Assembly (NCBI GenBank): GCA_963833985.1
Contig: CAWIAD010000002.1
Coordinates: 5,440,001-5,504,000 of the forward strand
Reading direction: 5' to 3'
Length of the DNA stretch: 64,000 nt
Origin: an uncultured Planctomycetaceae bacterium
GTDB taxonomy: Bacteria; Planctomycetota; Planctomycetia; Isosphaerales; Isosphaeraceae
In this document: piece by piece, positions 1-10,874 of the stretch
Numbering within the stretch: position 1 is the first letter of the stretch
How the letters are laid out: every line of letters begins with the position of its first letter
Notes under the pieces: generated by a model
What the model was told of the DNA's origin: nothing
The model's database searches: none
What the model saw: the letters and a program-made list of their open reading frames with translations, nothing else
Translations under genes and position numbers: made by a program

Positions 1-111
1 CTGCACGGCCGGCAAGAGCAGCGAGATCAGCACGGCGATGATCGCGATCACCACCAGCAGCTCGATCAGCGTGAAACCGCCTGACCGGCGAGTAGAACTT
101 GAAGTGATCAC
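1..111 (-). CDS. DUF1559-family prepilin-type N-terminal cleavage/methylation protein (5' end only, runs off window)
   Basis: Reverse strand translates to (M)[39 protein letters not shown] start at 111, AAGGAG RBS at 121-126. Confidence 0.9.
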   Translation of the reverse strand, partial: MITSSSTRRSGGFTLIELLVVIAIIAVLISLLLPAVQ

Positions 112-595
112 CAGCGAAAACTCCTTGAAACACGGTGCGTGAGGATGACCGCCTGAGGAATGGCTCGCTCCAGGTACAACACTTGCAGCGAGGCTCACTC
201 CATCGGCTCCATGGAGCGGTCCAAAACGAGTAAACATATCCGTAAGTTTGCATGGGCCCATCCTCCCTGTATTGTAATCGTGAGGGATTGAGGTTTAGTT
301 AAGATTTGAAGAAAAAAGCGTAGTTCATTGCACGCAAGGCGATGTGAGGGTTTGGTTGTTACTCAGGGAGATACCAGATATTCACACCCATTGTTTTCAG
401 GATCGGCTTGCTTGTGAACGATGCTTAACGACCTGGCCGGGCGGCCCGGACCGATGCTCAGGCCGCTCCGGGATTTGAAGTTGGGCAAAGCGGGACCGAA
501 CCAGAGCGCGGGAGGTTGTTGGCAGATGGCCGATTCGCTAAGGTGGCAGGGAGGGGCCGGCGGCAGGATCTGGCCTTGCCGGAGGTTATGTCAAA

Positions 596-826
596 CCCAA
601 TACTGTTGAAATAGCGATAAGTTTAGTACAGGCAGAAGTTTGTTCCTCGTTCCCACGCTCCGCGTGGGAATGCCGTCTGCGACGCTCCGCGTCGATTTGG
701 CCCGTGCCGCTGGGAAATCCATGGGACGCAGAGCGTTCCGACCGGTGTTCCCACGCAGAGCGTGGGAACAAGTCTGTCGCAAAGCTCTTGCCTTCTTCTC
801 GTAAACGCTATTTCAACGGTATTGGG
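596..826. mobile_element. MITE-like non-autonomous element with 21-bp terminal inverted repeats enclosing REP-like palindromes
   Basis: cccaatactgttgaaatagcg (596-616) and cgctatttcaacggtattggg (806-826) are reverse complements with 1 mismatch. No credible ORF inside. Confidence 0.7.
648..770. repeat. REP/REPIN-type palindrome cluster
   Basis: Hairpins gttcccacgctccgcgtgggaa and gttcccacgcagagcgtgggaac, plus inner gacgctccgcgtc and gacgcagagcgt. Confidence 0.75.
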
Positions 827-840
827 GTTAAACCGCCCGG

Positions 841-1889
841 GTGTCTGGGCGGTCGGGGCTGAGCGGGAGGATATGGGTGAGCAAGGTCCCTGATCGGGCG
901 GCGCTGGTGCTGGCGGCGGCCCTGGCGTTACTGCTCCCATGCTTGAACCTGTTCGGCACGACGGGCCGGGCCCAGGAATCCGCCGGTGCCGGCGGCCGCG
1001 GCACGGCTGCGACGGCGGCCGCGGATGACGGCGGCGAGGCGGCCGACGGTGCCGCCCCCGCCGGCGAAAGCCGGTCCGGCGTGCGGGGCAACAATTCGAT
1101 GTGGGGCTGGGCGGTCCGCGCCTCCGGCCCGATTGGCCTGGTCATCGCCGCGATGTCGTTCTACCTGATTGCCCTGGTGGTCTGGATGGCCCTCCGCTAC
1201 CGCGGCTCCGTCGCCATGCCGGGACCGCTGGTGCGCGAGCTCCACGAGCTGCTGGATCAGAAGAAGTACAGCGATGCCTATCACCGGCTGGCGAACGACG
1301 ACTCCCTGTTCGCTCGGATCTTGATCGCCGGCGTACGCAAGCTGCCGGGAGGTTTGCCACTGGCGCAGCGCGCCATGGAGATGGCCAATGAAAATGCCAC
1401 CATGGAGATGGAGCATCGCACCACCTACCTGGCCACTGTGGGGACGATCGGACCCATGATCGGCCTGGTGGGCACCGTCTACGGCATGATCATGGCCTTC
1501 CGCGTCATCGCCCTGGAGGGCTCATCGCCCCAGGCCAACCAGCTTGCCGCGGGCATCTCCACCGCGCTCTTTGCCACGCTCGAGGGAATTGCCATTTCCA
1601 TCCCCGCGATCTTCTTCTACTCGCTGTTCCGCAACCGGATCGCGCGGCTGTCGCTGGAGGTGGCCATCGGGGCCGAGCCGCTGCTGGAGAAGTTCGCTCC
1701 GGGTGTGCGCCACAGGACGCCGGCGCCACACCGCCCGCGCCGCGGACGCCCACGGTTCCGATGCCCATGCCCATGGGAGGCGCCGCGGCGCACCCCCACC
1801 CGTTCGCCGTCAGTGCGGCCCTGGCGGCCGCGCCGACCGCCGCGAGCCCGCGCTCCGCCCTGCCGCCGGCACCCTCCGATTCGCCCTGA
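841..1889 (+). CDS. MotA/TolQ/ExbB proton channel family protein (frameshift near 1710; start uncertain)
   Basis: TYLATVGTIGPMIGLVGTVYGMI and LAAGISTALFATLEG motifs. Restoring one C after GCGC at 1710 gives a Pro/Ala tail ending at TGA 1887-1889. Confidence 0.85.
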
Positions 1890-2298
1890 TTCGGCCGGTA
1901 CTTTTGACAATCCGTTGCAGGACCAGGGTCAAACTTTCAATTATCGGCAACGGCCCACTCTGCCATTGCCTTTTTCCCCCGTTTCGTGAAAATGCCGCCA
2001 CCTGCACGCAACGCATCTCCTGCGAGACGGAACGACCCACTCGTACAAAACATGGGAAGTTCATGACCAGACCAGACGACGGAAAACCAGGGCGGGCCAT
2101 GTACCTGGTCCGCAAGGCGAGAAGGCGATGACGCCAGGGCCCCGGCCCGCGCGGTTCCGGCCCGAATGCTGGCGGCCGGCAATCACGCGGCGTGGACTCA
2201 GACACCCGGCATGGGCGAAAAGGAATTCGCGCCTGAGTCGGGCAAGCCGCATGGGACTGAGCGCGAAGTGAGACACGGCTGGCAAGGCAAGGAGGCGT

Positions 2299-3860
2299 AT
2301 GCCGATGGCACGCTGGTTCGTTGACCGTCTACCGGAACGAGGGATTCCCTCGGTGAGCCTGCGGAAGTTGCTGCCGAAGGCCCGGTTCGTGGGCTGCCCG
2401 GACTGGGAAGTCTCGGGCTGCACTGACGACCATCGCAGGTTGGATCCCGGGCAGGTCTTCGTCGCCGTCCGCGATGCGTCCTATGATGGCCACGCCTTCG
2501 TGCGCCAGGCCCTCGACCGCGGGGCGGCCGGCGTGGTCGTCGAGCAGCCCTGCCCCGAGGCCGGCCGGCTCCAGGTGGTCGTCGACGACTCTCGGTCCGC
2601 CCATGCCGTGATCTGCCAGGCCCTGGCCGGCGACCCGTCCGAGCGGCTCATGACCCTGGGAGTCACCGGCACCTTCGGCAGGACGGTCACCAGCCTCTTC
2701 GTCCATTCCATCCTGGAAGCCGCCGGCCTGCGGTGCGGCCTGGTCGGTTCCCTCGGCTGGTCCGACGGCAGGACCCGCCGCCCGGCGGGGACCGAGGTCT
2801 TGCGGCCGACGCACGCGTGGCCCGCAGGCGCAGCCGGGCTGGCTTCCATCTTGGCGTTCATGGTGGATCAGAGCTGTGCCGCCGGTGTCCTCGAGGTTTC
2901 CGCCGATGCCCTCGAGGCGCAATGCCTGGAGGGGGTCACCCTCCAGGCAGCCCTGGCGACGGACATCGGCGTTCCGTACGGCTTGCCCGCGAGCGCAACA
3001 CTCGAACGCCGGCGTGCCAAGGCCAGGCTGTTCCGCAAGATCGCACCCGGCGGGGCCGCCGTCGTCAATGCCGATGACCCGCACGCCGAGATCCTCGGTG
3101 GCGTCAACCTCGACGCGCGCCGCGTCACCTTCGGCATGAAGCATCTCAACCAGGTGGACGTCTCGGCCCGGATCCTGCGGGTCGACGCGGCCGGCTCACG
3201 GTTCGTGCTCCACGGTTTCGACCGTGCGGCGACCGTGGACCTGCGGCTCTATGGCCCCAGGCAGGTCGGTCACGCCGTGGCCGCCGCGGCGCTCGCCTGG
3301 GCCCTGGAGATCGACCTGGACGCCGTCGTCACCGGGCTGGAAGGTGTTGGCAACGTGGCCGGCCACCTGGAAGCGGTCGACGAGGGACAGCCATTCGACG
3401 TCCGGATCGACGCGGCCCGGACCGCCACACCGCTCTACCAGGCAATCCAGGCGCTCGCGCGGTGGCGGCCGGGCAGGTTCACTGCGTTCTGAGTGCCGAG
3501 GGGAACCAGGACCGGGCCACTCGCAGGACCCTGGCCGAAGCCGCGGAGCTCGGGGCGGACCGGGTGATCCTTACCCTGGGCAACCCCCGGACCGAGCCAG
3601 CCGCGCAGGTCCTGGACGACGTGCTGGGCGGCTTTCGCCGTCCGGGCAAGGTGCGTGTTGAGCCCGACCGCAGGGCCGCCATCGAGGCTGCTCTGACCGA
3701 CGCCCGCCCGGGGGATGCGGTTCTGATTGCCGGCAAGGGCCGCGACGCCTACCAGATCCTCGCCGACCGTGTCATTCCGTTTGACGACTTCGCCGTCGCC
3801 CGCGCCTTCCTCCAAGCCCAGCAGAGCCGCCCGCTTCGCACCAGCGGTCAGTCGGCGTGA
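2299..3860 (+). CDS. MurE-like Mur ligase family protein, divergent active-site motifs (frameshift near 3457)
   Basis: N-terminal DHRRLDPGQVFVAV..DGHAF, GVTGT loop, LEVS, VNADDP and C-terminal GDAVLIAGKG motifs. AAGGAGG RBS. Confidence 0.85.
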
Positions 3861-4151
3861 TGGAGTTTTCCACGACGATGTCCTCGGTCTGAAGGTGCGA
3901 AAGCAGGTGCGGAAGCGACCGGCGCTCGGTTTCCCCCGACGCGAGGATAACGACGTGCTTCCCCACGATTTCAGGCCCCGAAGCTATTTGTCTGGTAAAA
4001 CTCTCCGAGCCCGAACCCCGAAGCCAAAAAGAAAACCGCCCTGGTTCCTGCGTGATGAGCAAGGAACGGAGCGGTCTCATCGGTACGGAACCCCCTCCAC
4101 TCCCATTTTGGGGTCGAGAGTGGGGGGGCATTCAAGTCAGCACCTGTTGCT

Positions 4152-6803
4152 TCAGTGGCTGCCGACGGTCTCGAGGTCCTTCTCGGGTGCTGCGGCGCCG
4201 GAGAGCTCGCTCTCCATCTCGCGGAGTTCCTTGCTCTCGGTCTTGGACCGCCAGACGGCCCAGATGACGAGCAAGATGCCGATGACGCCGACCACGCCGT
4301 AGAGCCACCACTTGTCGTGATTGGCGATGATCCAGGCGATCGCCAGCAGCGACACCATGTTCATGACCTTGATCAGCGGGTTCAGCGCCGGGCCGGCCGT
4401 ATCCTTGAGCGGATCGCCGACGGTATCGCCGGTGACGGCCGCCTTGTGGCGCTCGGAGCCCTTGCCGGTGAACTCGGTGCGGGGCTCGTCCTCGATCAGC
4501 TTCTTGGCATTGTCCCAGGCGCCGCCGGCGTTGGCCATGAACACGGCGAGCAGTTGCCCGACGATGATCATGCCCGCCAGGTAGCCGGCCAGTGCCTGAG
4601 TGCCAAGATAGATGCCGACCAGAATCGGCACCACGATGGCCAGCAGCGCCGGGCCGATCAGCTCCTGCTGGGCAGATGCGGTGCAGATGTTGACCACCCG
4701 GCCGTAGTCGGGCTTCTTGGTACCGGCCCAGATCTCCTTGTCGCGGAACTGCATGCGGCATTCCTTGACGATCAGGAAGGCGGCACGGCCCACGGCGCGG
4801 ATCAGCATCGAGCTGAACAGGAACGGCACGCAGCCGCCGATCAGGGCGCCGATGAACACCCGCGGTGTCGCAACCGAGTACTGGCCGGCCTCGGTGAGGT
4901 ACTGGCTCAAGGGCAGGGTCGCGACCTTGTCCTCGCTACCCACCGCGACGACGGCGATGAAGCTGGCGAAGAGGCTGACGGCCGCGATCACGGCCGAGCC
5001 GATCGCGATGCCCTTGGTCTCGGCCTTGGTGGTGTTGCCCACCGCGTCGAGGTCGGCCAGGATCTGGCGGGCGTGCGCGTAGTTCTTTTCGCCCATCTCG
5101 GCCTTGTCATAACCCATCTCGCCGATGCCGTTGGCGTTGTCGGCCACCGGGCCGAACACGTCCATCGAGATCGTGTTGCCGGTCAGGGTCAGCATGCCGA
5201 TGCCGCACATCGCCACTCCATAGGCGACAAACAGCGGGCTGGAACCGGTGTAGATGAGCACGGACAAGAGGATGGCGATGGCAATGATCAGCGTGCCCAC
5301 CACGGCCGACTCATAGCCAACGGCGATGCCCTGGATGATGTTGGTCGCGTGACCGGTCTGGCACGCCTTGGCCATACTCTTGACCGGCTCGTACATGGTG
5401 TGCGTGTAGTAACTCGTGCACTTGTTCAGGGCGATCGCCAGGATGATGCCGATCAGGCATGTCCAGGCCGGGCGCATATCCAGGCCGTTGGACATCCCGA
5501 AGTTCGCCCAGACCGGCTGGGCCGCGGCGTCCAGAATGGGGCCGGGATAGCTCTGGGTGAAGTCCTTCAAGGGCCTGCCGGCTTTCACGGCGATATCGCG
5601 AGCGGCCTCGAAGTCGGGAGTGACCTTGAAGCCGTAGGCCGCCTGGGGATACTTGCGCATGTAGTCATCGTCGAAGTGCAGGTAGGCCAGCCCCAGCACC
5701 ATGAAGCCGACCACGCTGATGACCGAGCCGATCAAGAACCCGCGGTGGACCGAGTGCAGGGCCTCGTCGCTGGTGCTGTCGGCCCCGGCACGCACGCTGT
5801 AGGTGCTGATGATCGAGCCGACCACGCCGATGGCTCGCACCAGGAGCGGGAAGATCACGCCCTTGTGGCCGAAGCTGGCGTAGCCCAGGATCATGGCCGC
5901 GACGATCGTCACCTCGTAGCTCTCGAAGATGTCGGCCGCCATTCCGGCGCAGTCGCCCACGTTGTCCCCGACGTTGTCGGCGATGGTGGCCGCGTTGCGG
6001 GGGTCGTCCTCGGGAATATTCGCCTCGACCTTGCCCACCAGGTCGGCGCCCACGTCGGCCGCCTTGGTGTAAATGCCGCCGCCGACCCGCATGAACAGCG
6101 CCAGCAGCGTGCCGCCGAAGCCGAAGCCGAGCAGAACCTCATAGGCCTTCTCGCCGAAGACGATGAAGATCGTCGTGCCGCCGAGCAGGCCCAGGCCGTC
6201 GGTGAGCATGCCCGTGATGGTTCCGGTGCGGTAGCCAAGCTGAAGGGCGTTGCCATAGCTGGTTCGGGCCGCGGCCGCCACGCGGAGATTGCCCCGCACG
6301 GCCAGATTCATGCCCACGAACCCGACGAGCCAGGAGAACAGGGCCCCCAGGAAGAAGGCCGCCGCTCGACCGATCTGGACCGCGCCGCTGGTCTCGGCGG
6401 TGAAGTACAGAATCGCGGTGACCAGGAAGACCAGGGGCAGGAGGGCTACGGCCTGCCGCATGAGGTACGCCCAGGCACCCTCGCGCACGGCGTCAGCCAC
6501 ATCGCGCATCTTCTGGGTGCCCTGGTCGGCACCCAGCACCTGGCCGACGAGCATGCCGGCATAGCACAGGCCGGCCACCGCGATCAGCAGGGTCAGGATC
6601 AAACCGATCCGCTCGGGCAGGGCGTACTGGGTCAAAGGTGCGAACAACTCGAGGGTCGATTCCGATGCGGCAGGCGCCGCGGCCTCTGGAACGGCTGCGG
6701 CTGTCGGGGTCGTCGCCGGCGGCCCCTGTGCAAAAAGCATGGACGGCGCGGCCAGAACGGCCAGCGCTATCGCCGCGGAAAACAAGACTCGCCAACGTTG
6801 CAT
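4152..6803 (-). CDS. hppA: Membrane-integral ion-translocating pyrophosphatase, K+-independent H+-PPase signature
   Basis: GGGIYTKAADVGADLVGKVE, EDDPRN, DNVGDNVGD, GGAWDNAKK and GDTVGDPLKD motifs. GNTTKA (Lys) signature. Confidence 0.95.
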   Translation of the reverse strand: MQRWRVLFSAAIALAVLAAPSMLFAQGPPATTPTAAAVPEAAAPAASESTLELFAPLTQYALPERIGLILTLLIAVAGLCYAGMLVGQVLGADQGTQKMRDVADAVREGAWAYLMRQAVALLPLVFLVTAILYFTAETSGAVQIGRAAAFFLGALFSWLVGFVGMNLAVRGNLRVAAAARTSYGNALQLGYRTGTITGMLTDGLGLLGGTTIFIVFGEKAYEVLLGFGFGGTLLALFMRVGGGIYTKAADVGADLVGKVEANIPEDDPRNAATIADNVGDNVGDCAGMAADIFESYEVTIVAAMILGYASFGHKGVIFPLLVRAIGVVGSIISTYSVRAGADSTSDEALHSVHRGFLIGSVISVVGFMVLGLAYLHFDDDYMRKYPQAAYGFKVTPDFEAARDIAVKAGRPLKDFTQSYPGPILDAAAQPVWANFGMSNGLDMRPAWTCLIGIILAIALNKCTSYYTHTMYEPVKSMAKACQTGHATNIIQGIAVGYESAVVGTLIIAIAILLSVLIYTGSSPLFVAYGVAMCGIGMLTLTGNTISMDVFGPVADNANGIGEMGYDKAEMGEKNYAHARQILADLDAVGNTTKAETKGIAIGSAVIAAVSLFASFIAVVAVGSEDKVATLPLSQYLTEAGQYSVATPRVFIGALIGGCVPFLFSSMLIRAVGRAAFLIVKECRMQFRDKEIWAGTKKPDYGRVVNICTASAQQELIGPALLAIVVPILVGIYLGTQALAGYLAGMIIVGQLLAVFMANAGGAWDNAKKLIEDEPRTEFTGKGSERHKAAVTGDTVGDPLKDTAGPALNPLIKVMNMVSLLAIAWIIANHDKWWLYGVVGVIGILLVIWAVWRSKTESKELREMESELSGAAAPEKDLETVGSH

Positions 6804-7244
6804 GATCCCTATCTCCAACTCTTTGAAAAATGGAACCAACACGCCTTGGGAGAGAATGTGTGTCGGTTGGTGGGAAGCTCGACCTTCCAGGCCATCGTTT
6901 GGCCAGTCTCACTCGCGGAGGGCGTTGCACGGCCCCTTCAGTGTCGTTCCTGGAGGCGACGGCAGCGTCGCGGCACGTGGGCTTCCCACCTCGTTGATCC
7001 TGAAGCGGTTCCAGGTCCAGTCACGTATTTTCTCCCTGATTAAACCTCAGCGGTCGGCCCAGCGAAAGAGTGTAGCGCGGATTTTGCCCGGGTTTAACTT
7101 TGGTTCAACCCCCTGCGGGCAAGCCAGGGAAGCCGCGGCCCGGTGTGGGTACCAGCCCAGGCGCGCAACCGCCCGGGCCGTACCGCGGAACCGCCCGGGC
7201 CGGGCCGGGGCCCCGGACCCAGCAACACCGGGTTGTCTTAAATT

Positions 7245-7253
7245 TGTTATAAT
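7245..7253 (+). promoter_or_regulatory. Extended -10 sigma70-type promoter (TGnTATAAT) upstream of kinase-ECF operon
   Basis: tgttataat in an AT-rich patch about 170 bp before the kinase ATG. Confidence 0.5.
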
Positions 7254-7422
7254 TATGAACATTCGAATTTGGGGTTTACCTCCCGGGACCGCCCGATCGG
7301 TGATTTCGGGCTGTGAACCGGCTGCCCGAACTGGTAGATTTGACGCTCATTGCTTCGGGGGAATGACTCCCGCCCGCCACGGGCCTCACACCCAGGTACA
7401 GGGCATCACCGCGTCCTTCGTC

Positions 7423-10071
7423 ATGGATCCATCGCTGGCCCAGCACAACCTGGTGAAGCGAGCCGGCCGGCACGACGCCACGGCAATCTCGGCATGGCCG
7501 CGGCAGATCGGCAAGTACGAGGTCATCGACCGGCTGGGCAGCGGGGCGTTCGGCGTGGTCTACCGCTGCCACGACGCGGCGCTCGACCGCACGGTGGCCG
7601 TGAAGGTGCTCTCCACCGCGGGCCATGCCGATCCGGAGCTTCTGGAACGGTTCCAGCGCGAGTCGCGCGGCCGCGCGGATCTCGCACCCCCACATCGTGC
7701 CGGTCTTCGAGTCGGGCCTGGACGGCGAGTACCCGTACCTGGTGATGGAGCACGTGGAGGGCCAGTCGCTCGACCGGCTCATCGGCAGCCCGCGATTGAC
7801 CATGGAGACCGCGCTGCGGGTGGTTTTCCACCTGGCCCAGGCGCTCGAGGCGGCCCATGAGCAAGGCGTGGTGCATCGCGACATCAAGCCGGCCAACGTG
7901 CTCATCGACCATGCGGGCCGTCCCAAGCTGACCGATTTCGGCCTGGCGCGGCTGGCCACTGACCCGGCGGGCCTCTCCCGGAGCGGCGACCTGCTGGGCA
8001 CGCCGCGCTACATGTCGCCCGAGCAGGTGCTGCTGGGCCACGGTGAGGTGGACCACCGGACCGACATCTACTCGCTGGGAGCCATCATGTATGAGCTGCT
8101 CTCCGGCGTGCCCGCGGCCGACGGCCCCAACGCCATGGCCGTGCTCCGCAAGATCAGCGACGACGAGCCGGTGCCGTTGCGGCAGTACAAGCCGGAGCTA
8201 CCCGAAGAGGTGGCGGCCATCTGCCAGCGGATGATGACCAGGGACCGCGACCTGCGTTACCAGACCGCCGGCGCGGTGGCCACCGACATCCAGGCCTTCA
8301 TGCTGCGGAAGATGCTAGGCACTCCCGAGATCGAGCTGCTGGCCGACCTGCCCGCGCCCCGGCCCAGGCGCTGGGGCCGGCCGCGGCCGCGCTCTGCCTG
8401 GGCGCTGGCCACCGCAGTCGCGGCCGTCTTCCTGCTGGTCGGGTTCGCGGCCGCCCGGCTCACGCTGCCTTCCGGGTCCCGGGTCAGGAACCCGCAGCCG
8501 CCGGCACCGGCCATCGACGTCAAGCGGCTGGTGGCGCGGGGCCGCGCCGAGCTGCAAACGCTCTCCTCGGCGGCCGACGCGCGCACCTACCATGACGGCG
8601 TGGCGGACCTGCTGGAAGACCTGAACGCGGCCATCAAGCAATATGCCGAGGATCCCGAGCTGCGGCTCGTGCGGGGCAAGCTGCTGCGCCGCGCCGGCGA
8701 ATACCTCGCCGCGATTGCCGACCTGGACAAGGCCGCGGCGCTGGACCAGCTGGAGGTGGTCCTGGAGCGCGCCCTGGCGCATTACCACTGGGAGCACCTG
8801 TACCTTGGCTCGCTCCCCGAGCCGCTCTTGCGGCCCGCGGCGTCGGCCAGCAGCCGTGCGGACCTGTTGCGGCTGGCGGCCGCGGCCGACCCGGAGCTCC
8901 AGCTCTTTGGTCGCATGGCCGAGGCCCTCTTTGCCGGCCGCATGGCCGAGGCCCTCGGTCTTGCCCAGCAGAAGCAGGTGCGCGGCAAGGAAAGCCTGAA
9001 GGCCGACCTGCTCATGCTTCAGGCCGACGCGTTCGGCACGGCGGCTCAGGCCGCCCACCAGCAAGCCCTGACGGCGCCCGAGAACAGGCGGGCCGATCTC
9101 CGCGAACAGCGCGACGAGTTCGACGCGCGCGCGGCCCAGGCCGTGCGGCGCGGCCTGGAAGACAGCCCGCACCACCTGGGCCTGCTGTTCCTGCGTGCCG
9201 GCGGCTGGCACCGCCGTATCGTCTGGGAAGCGGCCGACGGCGACGAGCCGGACCGGACGATCCAGCGCCATCGCTCCGGGTTCGAGTCCGCCTACCAGCG
9301 CTTCCGGGCCGCCTCGCCCCGCATCGGCGTGGAATCATCCACCGGCAGGGCCGTGCTCCTGCTCAACTACGGCCGCCAGGACCTGGCGCTCGACCAGCTT
9401 GTGGAGGCGGCCGCGCGGCGAGCCTGCCGCCGCCGGTCGCCGCCCTGCACGCCTGGCTCCAGCTCCAGTCGCCGCCCGACGGCGAGCTCTCGCCGGCCCA
9501 CGCCGGGCAGGTCCTCCAGCACCTGGAGCCCGCGTTCGAGTCGCCGCCCGATGAGTTCTCGCTCTACCTGGTTCGCGCCTTGACTCACGCGGCCATCGGC
9601 CGCTGGCAGGAAGCGCGCCGCGATCTGATCGACGGCAAGCGGCGCTACCGCCGCGGCAACTGGCCGCCCGCCGAGGGAAGCTACGCCGACTGGTGCCGCG
9701 ACGTCGTTTCGCCCCCGGTCAAGTTCCTTGACTCCACCATCGTCATCCTCTGGAACCTGCCGACGCCGCCCGAGATCCGCATCCGGCTGCAAGACGAGCT
9801 GATCCGCGGACTCACCGGCCCCGACGAATCGCTCCGCCGCGGCCTGCCCCCCGCCGAGCTGAAGATGCTCACAGGCTGGGGCCATTACCGCCTGGCCCGC
9901 TTCTGGGCCGACAAGGATGATCGCGCCAACGTGCTCAAGCACGCCCGGCTGGCGCTGGCTTGCCGCCTGCCGAACCTGGGCGTCACCACCTTCAAGGATG
10001 ATCCTGTCATCCAGGCATGGAACAACGAGGCCGATTTCGCCTCCCTCTACGCCGAATTCGCCGGGCCATGA
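7423..10071 (+). CDS. Ser/Thr protein kinase with TM helix and C-terminal TPR-like region (frameshifts near 7666 and 9418)
   Basis: LGSGAFGVVY, VAVK, HRDIKPAN, DFG, GTPRYMSPE, DIYSLG. Hydrophobic segment followed by helical repeats. Confidence 0.9.
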
Positions 10072-10658
10072 GCCAAGCCGAGCCGAACGAGGATGTGCTG
10101 GTGGCCCGCGCCCGGGCCGGCGAGGCCGACGCCTTCGCCGAGCTCGCCCAGCGCCATCGGGCGTCGCTGGTGCGCCTGGCCTCGTTCCTGACCGGAGACT
10201 TCGATGAGGCCGAAAGCATCGCGCAGGAGGCGTTCACCCGGGCCTTCGTCGGAATCTCCGGCTACGACCCCGGGACTCCGTTCCTTGCCTGGCTTCGCGG
10301 GATTGTCCTGAACCTGGTTCGCGAGCACCAGCGGCGTCTCAAGCGGCACGCGACCGTGACGGACCCGGCCCGTCTTGCCCAGGCCCCCGGCGCGGAGGGA
10401 TCGCGGCAAGGCGTGCTCTCGAACATCCTCCGCGATGAGCAAGCGACGCGGCTCTGGCTGGCCGTCGGCCAGCTTCCCGAGTCCTATCGCGAAGCCGTCG
10501 TCCTCCATTACGTCGAGGGCCTGGACTACGCCCAGATTAGCCAGATTACCGGCGTTTCCGAAGGTGCCCTGCGTGTCCGCGCCCAGCGCGGCCGTAACCT
10601 GCTGCGCGGCCAGCTTGGCCCCGTGGTGGATACCTGGCTGATTCGCACCAGGAAGTAA
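10068..10658 (+). CDS. ECF RNA polymerase sigma factor
   Basis: Sigma2 (AQEAF..F.AWLRGI) and sigma4 (LPESYREAVVLHYVEGLDYAQIS). ATGA overlap with the kinase stop. Confidence 0.9.
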   Translation: MSQAEPNEDVLVARARAGEADAFAELAQRHRASLVRLASFLTGDFDEAESIAQEAFTRAFVGISGYDPGTPFLAWLRGIVLNLVREHQRRLKRHATVTDPARLAQAPGAEGSRQGVLSNILRDEQATRLWLAVGQLPESYREAVVLHYVEGLDYAQISQITGVSEGALRVRAQRGRNLLRGQLGPVVDTWLIRTRK

Positions 10659-10874
10659 ACAGGCGCGGCGGACGGGGACGGCGCGGCGGAGAGCGGCCCG
10701 GAGAGAGGCACGGCGGTCAGCGCCGGCTTTCTCTGTAACATTTCGGCGAGTGCGGCAAACCTCATGCAGTAGGACGCGCGGCTGGCGTGAGACGATTCGC
10801 CCGGCGCGCGATGAATTGATGCTCCGGTGTACATCTTGGGATGGAACCCGATGGATGTCCCTGGGAGACCCTGC

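Noticed and set aside
841..1989. Arg/Pro-rich C-terminus of the ExbB ORF
   Set aside because: Wrong-frame product after the indel near 1710.
2195..2239. gactcag/ctgagtc stem in the MurE-like leader as a riboswitch
   Set aside because: No recognisable riboswitch consensus; short stems are common at this GC content.
4091..4128. C-rich/G-rich hairpin downstream of hppA as a terminator
   Set aside because: Imperfect stem, large loop and no U-tract.
4155..7043. Long antisense ORFs (also 41460-44009, 22034-23203, 56992-58221)
   Set aside because: High-GC codon-bias shadows of real opposite-strand genes.
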